Of a stretch of 35,712 nucleotides of DNA, positions 23,853 through 33,560 are shown in pieces. The position numbers and the translations under genes were made by a program. The stretch is from Bigelowiella natans CCMP2755 (Eukaryota; Protista; Cercozoa), in NCBI GenBank assembly GCA_000320545.1, contig ADNK01000649.1:1-35712 (forward strand). The letters run 5' to 3'. The notes beneath the pieces were generated by a model, which worked only from the letters and a program-made list of their open reading frames with translations, was not told where the DNA came from and searched no databases. The first letter of the stretch is position 1. The number at the start of each line of letters is the position of its first letter.

Positions 23853-25815
23853 ATTTATATATACATATATAGTTTTTCTGTATGATTATCGTATTGTGCG
23901 TGTAAGTGGGAGGGGGGGAGGGGTGAGTCTAATCTTTCGTTCTAGTTTCAGCGCCTTTTTTTGGCATGGAGTGATGTTAGTGACTCTCATTAATGCGTAA
24001 GAATTATCATCTCTTCGCTACGGATGCTTACGTCGGTGATCCAGGATGCAGCCTGTGCCTTCTTCTTGTCCGCTTCCTCACCCTCCCCATCAATGGCGCG
24101 GCGAGAGGGAAACAACATTACGCTCGCGCTCTCATCGCCTTCTGCGGGGAGGGGCAGCACGAATCTGAAGTCGAGAAAAAAAGAGGGGTGATGACAGGTG
24201 AGCTCGAGTACCGATGGTGTAGGAATGAATTAAAATAATTAATACTAACTCGTAGAATACCCCACGAGGGAGAAAGCAGGTGGTAGCGGTGGCAAATATC
24301 CGACAACTCTCCAGTGGAGAAGTTGAGGGAATCTATCACAACTGCAAGAAGCATACTACGTCTGCTATAGCTACTACTACTACTACGACGACGACGGCAA
24401 CTGACTGATTCATAATGGCGTCTTTCTCCGAAGCATTGACCGAGCCGAACTGCACCATCCCTTTGAGCTGCCTTGCAGCCTTATTCCAAGCGGCCTCCTG
24501 CGCCTCGCTGGCATCTTCCCCCCCTCCTTTGAACCAAACCAGCCAGTACGACGGTGTCTTCAACACATTATCCTCGAAGATTTCCGCGTTCAGGTCGAAG
24601 CTCTTGCCTGCCTTGGAGCGTGGGCGTGGCAGCCGTTTACTGGACATGAAGGGGGGGCTGTTGCTCCCAGTTGAGGAGGAGGAGGAGGAAGAGGTGCCTT
24701 TCTTCTTGCCCTTTTTCTTCATGGACTCCTTGAATTTGTCTGCAACCACCTAAAGAGTAGCAAACGTTTCATCATCATCTGGGTGGGAGAGAACGATGCC
24801 GGCGCCCATCACCACGCGATCCAGGGAGGAGAGCGACGAGGAGGACGGGTTTGAGAATAGAAGGGGTTAGAGAGGGAAAAGGCATTGCGAAAGGTGGTGA
24901 AACACTTTGGGCCATTACTCACAGAAAATGCTACAAATCGTCGCGCCGTTCACAGCCGTACCTCGTCTTTGAAAGCAAGAACGTCCGCATCAGCACTACC
25001 GTCTCCTTCCTTAAACACGACGGCGCCCTGGCAGCTAGGGTCCTCGGCCTTCGTCGGGAGCTGCGGCGTCTTCCCTTCTTCGCTCGCGAGGGGCTGCACC
25101 GTCGCCTTGCCGCGGCTCGCGAGCACAATCCACTTGGAGAGGTCAGGGGGGCTGAACGTCCCCACGTACTGGCTCCACACGTTCTTCTTCGGATACCACA
25201 CGATCGTGCGCGCGTACTCGGCCCCTGGAAGGCCGAACGCCTTTTCGAGCCAGTCCTGGACTGCTGGCGGGGAGGTGTCCAGCCAGGACACGTGGACGGC
25301 GTTGAATGGGGTAAGTCCAAGTTTGTCTACAAGAGCCCGACGCACCAGCCGCATAGACTCTAAGTAGTAGCCCCGCTCGCCGGAAGGCAGGGACTGCGTC
25401 GGGAGTAGCGAAATCACGCAGATGCCGCCTCGGTTCACGCAGAGCCGTTGCATGCACCCCTGTGGTGTAGGAGGGGGGGGTGGAGGGAAGAGGTGTTTTT
25501 TTTTTAATATTTTCATCATGGTTTCTGCGCTAGCACTTACCTCAGATTGGATCTCCGGAATAGTGTCGACCGATCTCGGCGTTGGCAGCGCAGAGACTTC
25601 CGGTTTCGACTGTAGGGACCCTTCCTCGAGAAACTGGCCCAACCACGTCTTCATAGGTCTTATTATAAAACCCACAAACGATAGAGTGAGCGGGTGGAGG
25701 AAGAAGAGGAACGTTGCAGAGAAACGACACGAGGCTTGGAATATAATTGTATTTGTATGTGTGTGTGTTTGTGGGGGGGGGGGGGGGGGGGTCGGGGAGA
25801 GAAAAAATGGGAGAC

Positions 25816-25851
<36 letters not shown>

Positions 25852-26310
25852 AAGAAAAAAAGGGATAAAACAACAAGACACAATCTCTCCATCGGGATCG
25901 CCTTCAATCAACCTGAAGGCCCCTGTTCCCGGGGAGGGGCGCGCGGAATCCAAATTGGCGCCTTGGGGAACCAGGAAAAACCGGGGAGTGATGATTACCC
26001 CGCACCCAACGCCTTCCCAACCTTCTTGTGCTTCGAGTAACCCAATTGGAAGGAGGGGGAGAAATGGAGGGGGAAGGTGCGCCCACGCGTGGGTAGATTT
26101 GCTTGGTCTTCTTTCCCCTCGCGCCTTTGGACTCCATTCACAGCACCACACGGGTCTTGTCCGTGTTTTTGCGCTATATCTCTCGCACACCCTCTCCCCC
26201 GCGCTCAGCAGCGGCATTATATCGTCGCCCGATCATCCCTCAACGCTTCCCTATTTGTATATAGATATATCGCTCCCGCGCGCCCCCGAGAGGAGGAGGA
26301 GAGGGAGGAG

Positions 26311-26361
<51 letters not shown>

Positions 26362-27319
26362 AGAGACAGGAAGAGAGGATGGCGAAGGAAGCCATCGGTC
26401 ATAACATAAATAAGAAATTAAGGCGGAATATAATATATTAATTATATACATTGTAGATCACATATGTGTAGTGTATTCATTGTAAGACATATTTTCCGTT
26501 TCCTTTCCGTATTCATCATCATTGTTATTGCCGTCGTTTTTTTTCTATTTTCGACTTCCTGACTTTTGAATCTTAGCGCCAATGAACTCGACGATCTTCT
26601 TTGGTTTGCCTTCGTACGGGAACTCCTCGCCATTGGGGCTTACAACTGCGAGGGCTGGCAGATCCTTGGGCTTAAATCTCCTCTCGGCGCAGATCTCTGC
26701 ATTGGAGCTGCTACTGCAGTCGACAGCAGAGACCATCACGGCTGTGGATCTATTTTACAGCATATAACTATTAAGAAGATATTTGTGTCGTGCACATCCT
26801 CGTTTTTGCATGCGCGCGTATGGCCGTTCTTGTGTTTGGACGATGGGCGGAGCATATATTCACCCCCCTTTTTTTAACCACCTGAGTTTCTTCGCTGCGT
26901 CGACGAGTTTTGGCCTAAGCTCGATGGATTTGGCAAAGTCACGGTTCTTTTTTGGGCTGCCTTCACCCGAGTAGAACTTCACGATGTGGAACACCTTCAA
27001 GCCCTGCGAGCACGCATTTTCATGTGAACACACGCACACCGCACATACACACAACAATAATATGGTCCAGAAGGAATCTTTCTGCGTGGATTTCGTTTTC
27101 TAGGCACGTCATCACCCAAACAAGATGCACGACGTAGAGTCGATTGAAAGGAGAGGCAAATACCGATGCGTCCACGCCTTTTTCAATGAGCGCTTCGTAG
27201 CTCGACGGGTTGAGCTCGTGCACATCCTGCATCGCATCCGCCGGGTAAAACGAGGGGCTTCCTGCCACCCATGAGAGCTGCAGGCCCGCGACGAGCAAAG
27301 GGAGCAAGACACTCGCCAT
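23055..27319 (-). CDS. ER-lumen protein disulfide isomerase-like protein (PDIA6/P5-related, multiple thioredoxin folds), multi-exon
   Basis: N-terminal signal peptide MASVLLPLLVAGLQLSWVAG, followed by thioredoxin-type segments (VHELNPSSYEALI, HIVKFYS, VSAVDC...EICAE, and a second one FDLNAEIFEDNVLKTPSYWLVWF...WNKAARQLKGMVQFGSVNA). A P5 C-terminal-like domain is present (CVNRGGICVISLLP...YYLE...SWLD...VGTFSPPDLSKWI, 24960-25460). The C-terminus is ...RTPKDEL* (stop at 23055). Confidence 0.85.
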
Positions 27320-27560
27320 CCTGGTGCTGCGTGCGAACGATCTATCTGTGCTGACCTCAGCGCTGAAAGAGTCGCGTTTTTATGGTGCAGCCTACAGTCG
27401 ATGTTTCCGGGTTGTTTTTCTTACCAGGAGTTTTGAAGCTTTCAGGGAGCGTTTCAGGATAATGCGACAACGGAAAGAGGATGTCGCAGAGGCGTGCTAC
27501 CATGTAATTTACCTGATTTTCAGTTGCTCTAGCGTTTCCGCTGCTTTAGCGTAACTCGAG
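27320..27560. promoter_or_regulatory. Divergent promoter region between the PDI-like and hypothetical genes
   Basis: Head-to-head ATGs about 390 bp apart. GATGTTTCCGGG lies at 27400-27411, with nearby TTTCAGG variants. Confidence 0.5.
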
Positions 27561-27712
27561 GTAAGTGACTACGGGTAGGTAGTCCAGTAGCGTGTAGAAG
27601 ACTACTCGTACGAGCAGACGTTCAACAAGGATTCACTGCTTCTATGCCGACGTTCTAACCCTCAATCTGGCCTCTCAAGTCGCTGAAGGTGAGAGAAGGA
27701 CTTTCTGTAGCC

Positions 27713-29640
27713 ATGGCCTCTACTTACACCGATTTAATCGACGAGGAGACGGCAAAGCTGTTGGCGACCGAGCCCATTGTACGTAAAACAAAAAATGGAC
27801 AATACCTCCCAACTATCGTCCATCGATAATATGATATTTGTTTTTGGGCAGGAGATGAAAAGACTGCTACGTCAGTACTGTTCGCATCTCAGTCGGTTTC
27901 CCTCACGTGCCAGAGAAGCATCAGGTTTCCCAACTTGCTCTAATTTGATTCCAAGTTGTTTATTTAAGTCGTACGATAGTACATATGTGGATGGGAGAAT
28001 GAGAGAGTGGGATTATTAGCGTCTGCAAATAGCTGACAAAACTACCAAATTTTCTACGACTTTCAGTGATAGAAGATACGCCAACTCCCTACTCTGTCCG
28101 CTACAGAAGCGCAGCAGTTCAAAGCCCCTTGCATGTGGACTGGGGTCTCTACGAGAACGGAGCAGTCTCTTCTCCCCGTCGAAGAATTGATTCCTTCTCT
28201 GAGCAGATGAGACCACAGACATCTTCCTACTATGCATCTGGCCGTGAAAAGCCCATGACACCTCCAAAGACTCGCGACCAGTCTTTTTCGCGTGCCCATG
28301 CAATACCTTACTCTGCGCCCCCACGAGCCCCGAAACCTCGCCTGCAAAACATAGGGGAGAAGAAAATCTCATTCGGTAGCGAAATTCCCAAAGCATGCCC
28401 GACAGATTTTCTCCACTCTGATCACGAACGTCGGTACCACTCGCCAATCAAAGGGGTTTCGGTCTCCCCGTCAAAACTTTCCCTGCACAAAAAGCTGACC
28501 CTCAGTTCTTCGCCCTTGAACAATAAGCGCAACGGTGAAGCTTCGACATCCACTGGCGTTGTGGCAGACAGAGGCCGTAGGTAAATTGAACACACCAAAT
28601 TTTCTCATCAAGCACCTCGTATCTATATCTCAATGATAATATCTTGCGCAGGGATCGCTTCATTGGCGCTGAAATCGGTTCAGAATTCGATTCGGATGGC
28701 CCTAATCATCATCATCAGCAGCAGCAACAACAACAGGAGCATCTCTGGTGTTCATCGATGCCTAGTCGTCCATCACGACAACGCAATTTTGAACGTGTCG
28801 GCTCACCCCAGCTGCTCGAGTCAAAAAGGTATCATAGCTTGCTGTACTGAACAAAAGCTAGGAAAGAGGTGTCTGAAGAACAAATGCCCCCCCATTTTTT
28901 AAATATTGCGATTGTTAGACCGCCCATATGGGCGACGCCTAATCGGAGAGCCCAGGAGCCACATTCAAGTAGAAGCCCGCAGTACAAACCATGGCCCAGT
29001 GAGCGACCGGCTCAATCAGCAGGAAAGTTTAGTAATGACGACGTGAAACCCCGCACTCCCTGGTACATCCACCGTCAGTACGGTGACCACAGCCATAGGT
29101 AATACAGATTTTCTATTCTGGAACTTTCAAGAGAGATTCAAATTTTTGATGCTCACTCTCTCTCTCTCTTCCTCCCCCCCCCCCCCTGCCCTCTCTATCT
29201 GTGCGCGTATGTGCGTATGTGTGCATTTGTGTGATATAGCACAAGTAAGATCCTGCCATCAAGGATGAAGCGAGTAGGAAAGAAAAAAGCTAAAAGCCCA
29301 TATCAATCGAAGAGCCGTAAAGGAAGGATTGACAACGGAGTATGGGTCGGCTCCAAATTCGCCCATAGCCATCACAAAGTGGCAAAGCAGCGCGCCAAGA
29401 ACGTAATGCCATTATGCAACCACACACCAATCACACACACTTCGATAGAGAAAGGGGTGATGAGGAAAGGTTATAATACAGCTTTAAACAACTACTGTCA
29501 TATTTCCCCTCACCCAGGCCTTTGAACTCCCGGATGTAGACACCGAGGCACTTTTAGACAATCTTCGAAACGCAAAGATTTCATCCCGCAACAAAGTCTA
29601 TTGGACCACCCCAGAAAACATGACGAATTTTAAGTACTAA
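27713..29640 (+). CDS. Hypothetical Ser/Pro/Arg-rich, probably disordered protein, multi-exon, with a probable 5'-UTR intron at 27561-27710
   Basis: ATG in a GCCATGG context. Exons read MASTYTDLIDEETAKLLATEPI | EMKRLLRQYCSHL... | long exon 28066-~28580 | ... | final exon AFELPDVDTEALLDNLRNAK...NFKY*, with GT/AG junctions. No family recognised. Confidence 0.6.
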
Positions 29641-30932
29641 GAATTTTTTAAGCGGCAAAACCATGGTGCACATAGGCAAAAATAGATACCGCGTGCATTA
29701 CGTGAAATGATAATCGCACAGGGTTTCCTGATCTTCAAAATTGGGCTGTTGTCATTGTGTCTTCCCTTTCTAGCTTTGTTAAGCAATCAAATACCTTGTG
29801 CTATGGATGTTGCATGCAACCTGTGTGTAGCTATAGGTGAAAGATGGGTTCGTTATTCATGATAAAACGTAAACGTAAAGTGAGCGAAGCCGTAACGGCG
29901 GCGTTTAGCTTTGAACATGGTGTGTGTACATGTGCACAACTAGGAATGTGCGTCATTTGTCATGCTTTTGCGCCTATGATTTGTGCAATGCGATGCACAT
30001 CCAGTACTTGTTCTAAAATGCTGCGCATGCATTTGTACACGAGTCTTGGCATTGTGACCAGCAGCTATGGTCAAGCAGCCAGCTGGATGAACGCAATGTG
30101 GTGAGTCTCTGGCAATGCAGCAGCCATGAAACAGTGCACAATCAATTTCATGCATCATGCTACCATTGGTTGACGTAGATCAATGTTTAACGACGCATGC
30201 GATGATGCTGCGTGTGTGCACTCTTCACGCAAATGATCCTAGCAGTCCTTTGCACGCACACAGAGCACCATGCATTTGTTGTCCGCTGCAACCGTTAGCC
30301 CGTTAGAGACGTAGGTTCATACTTGCAATGAAGCGCACAAAATGTGCTAATTCTCACCCCGATTGTGAGGCAAAGCACGACCAGGATGTAGGCCAAAGGA
30401 ATGTTCTGTGTGTCGCTGTGGGAGGGCAGGAAATGGAAGAGTGAAATGCGGTCGAATGTGGGCAAAGTAAACTACACGCGCCAATTTCAATGCCGTTTGT
30501 TCTCGTGGGCATCATCATCACATCGTTGCCCTCTGCTCCTGCTTGATGTCCCCCATGGGGACCCTGGTTTCTGGTACTTCGTCCACCACGGCCCGTCGCG
30601 CCTGTACGAGTAGAGCCGTCGATGCTTATTTCTGCGTAGAGTTTTTAGTATTCAAAAAAATTCCAGTCTCTACCTCAAAATCGCCTACGTTTGAAGTTCT
30701 TCGTAACCTTGCCCATCGCCTCCGGTTGTCGCACGCGCAAAATTAAGCAGATTTTTTCCAGGGCAGCAAGGCGCCCCGCTGCAGAAGGTACTCCAACGGA
30801 GAGTTTTGGCGAATTTGTGCCGGAAACTTCCAGGAAAGATGTGGCGTTCTTCCACGAAACTTCCTTGCTATTTGCAGAATCCTCCTCGCTCTGCTCGCAC
30901 TCACTTTCCGCCTAACTCCGAACGCAGCGACG

Positions 30933-32226
30933 ATGTGGGGGAAGGAGACATGCACAAAAGCACGACGCACAAATGCGAAGCGCACCTCTGCACCAAGGAG
31001 GAGTATGGAGAGCAAACGCCCCTTCAAATCATCTGGCCGAGCCATCAACAAAATGATTGCTGCGGACACAATGAAGATCCTCGCGGACAAGAAGTATCTG
31101 AATGATCAGGAAGCCGAGGTGGATCTATCGGCGTCCTTAGAGTTCGCCATCAATAACACTGTGCTTTATGATGGCGGAACATGTGGAAAATTCCAGACTC
31201 GCCATGATACTAAGATAGAGGTCACCTCCGAGACGACAATCGAAGCCTTGACCCGTATCTCGTCCGAAGAAAAAAAAGCCAAAACGGCAGTAAGAAGAAC
31301 GAAGAATGAGAGTGAGCAGAATAAAAAGCCCACGGTAGAGCAAGGCAAAGAGGACGAAGGGGAGCAAAGGGGAGTTGAATCAAGATTCAGTATTAAACAT
31401 AGCAGCGACGGCAAAGCCTTGGGGACCGAGGAACTAGAAAATGGCAGTGATAACGACGACGACAGCGTCGATATTTTCGTACTCAATTTTGCGTCTGGGA
31501 GAAATCCTGGGGGCGGATTTCTTCGTGGCGCACAAGCTCAGGAAGAAAGTATCGCGAAGGTGAGCGGGCTTTACCCCTGCCTCGAGACGCAACACGAGTC
31601 GTTTTACATGCCGAATAGACGGTCGCACTCGCCTTTCTACACGGACAATGTGAGTAGAAACAACTTGATGCTCTACCGAAGAGAAACCACAGAATGTTTG
31701 TGTCTGTCGAATGATCATCTATGCCGCTTTGAAGTATCTAGTTTGATTTCGGCTGTCTTCTGCCCATTCACTGGCAATCTTTGTCTGATATTTTGCGTGC
31801 GTCCAGGTCATTTACTCTCCGAAGGTGCCCGTGTTTCGAAGGGACAATGGAGACCTACTGGATACTCCTATACTGGCCTCGATAGCTTCCTGCGCAGCTG
31901 TAAATGCTGGTGTAGCTAGAAGGGCGGCTAGGAGACAAGGTGGGAACTTAGAGAGCGAAATCGTGGCGGCGAACACAAAGAGGATGCGTCTCGTTCTGCG
32001 TGTAGCAGCCATGCACAAGCACGATGTCTTAATTCTTGGGGCTATTGGATGCGGTGTTTTCCGAAATAATCCCTCCGACATTGCGCGAATATGGAAGAAG
32101 CTGTTGACAACTGATACCGACCTTGTCGGGAGGTTTCGCCGCATATGCTTCGCGGTTTACGATACAACCAAGGACAAAAATGTGCTACGCAGCTTCCGAT
32201 TGGCTCTTTCGGGACATAAAGGATGA
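30933..32226 (+). CDS. Microbial-type poly(ADP-ribose) glycohydrolase (DUF2263 / TIGR02452 macrodomain), two exons (30933-31649, 31807-32226)
   Basis: LNFASGRNPGGGFLRGAQAQEES contains the PARG signature GGG-x7-QEE (31509-31547). Also present: TKIEVTSETTIEA, VIYSPKVPVFR, CAAVNAG, LILGAIGCGVFRNNP and FRRICFAVYD. A single phase-0 intron at 31650-31806 (GTGAGT...TCCAG) joins the two ORFs. Confidence 0.92.
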
Positions 32227-32858
32227 GGTCATATTAATGAACATCATGGCACGGCACAATCTACCGTGAGAGGAATATCTAGCTATTATCCCGCCATGTA
32301 TACAGTCCATATACGCACGTGAACAAATCACTTTTAACAGTTTAGCAACTATGTATGCATGCAGTGGTATGCATCTGCACATTTATATTGTGCCAGCTAG
32401 CCAGACCATGCTAGCATGTAATAAGTCACATGCTTTCGCTATAGTTCGTAATACGTGTTGTAGTAGTTAGCAGGATTTTAGCTATTCTTGCTTGTGCGCT
32501 ATACCTGTGCAAGTAATTACAATACATATGAACATGCCGAGGATAGCACTTGCATTCATCGCATAGCACAGGGTCGCCACGGTAGCATGAGGCATGCATT
32601 CTAGCATTGCATCTTGATGGTATTTGCTAATTTGCATTTTCCCGATCAATTAATGCGCAATAGGTACAGGAACTTATGTGATCTAACAAAATAACTATGT
32701 GTCATGCCGCTGTCTAGCTGCGCGGTAGTGTTCAAGATAAGAACGAACATGTTGGCATGTTCTATCAAGTCTGCTGCTGCATTATTACAGTGCACACGCG
32801 GTAAATCATAAATATCTTTGATCTTTCGATACTTTTCTGCCTTAAACTGCTTGTAGTC

Positions 32859-32990
32859 CTAGAGCTTTGCCTTGTTTGAATCCAGTAGGGCGGTTACGAC
32901 ACTATAGTTATAACAACAACACTTTATATCAAAAGGTAATTATAGTAATTCATATTTATAAAAATCATACTTGCTTTCATAAGCGCGCGC

Positions 32991-33052
<62 letters not shown>

Positions 33053-33515
33053 CACAATCACCTTGCAGCCTTGAACATGCTCTTCGCTTCTTTTGATCCT
33101 CTGTAGACATGCTTAAGACCATCGTCACCTCCATCCTACATGAGATTGATAACAATCATGATGACGACGACGAATGATGATGATGATAGCAACAGCTGCC
33201 AAATCAATCATTCGAGACATTCCAAGGGAAAGAAAATGCTGCATTTGCAGCCGATGGGCGTGAATATTTACCAAGAGGCGTTTGATCTCTCTCCTTATTT
33301 TACGCTGGTCTCCAACTTTCCTGACTCCCATCTTCTTGAGCTCCTCCACCTCTAGTATAGGCTCTACAACAACGTCTTCGTAGTGACTCAATGACTGTCC
33401 GATGAAGTGCATGCTGAGGTGCTTCAAGCCTGAGAATTATAGCGAAAGACGACGACGATGACGAGGAGGAGGAGGAGGAAGGGAGCGACGAGGTTGAGAA
33501 AGAGAACGGGGGTTT

Positions 33516-33560
<45 letters not shown>

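Noticed and set aside
27689-27710. Possible 22-nt nucleomorph-style tiny intron (GTGAGA...CTGTAG) just before the ATG
   Set aside because: A stronger donor (GAG|GTAAGT at 27561) explains the acceptor as a normal 150-nt UTR intron, and other introns here are longer.
12645-32226. Metabolic gene cluster (pdxK, ROK, DUF202, PDI, PARG)
   Set aside because: No shared pathway is evident; this looks like an ordinary mixed gene neighbourhood.
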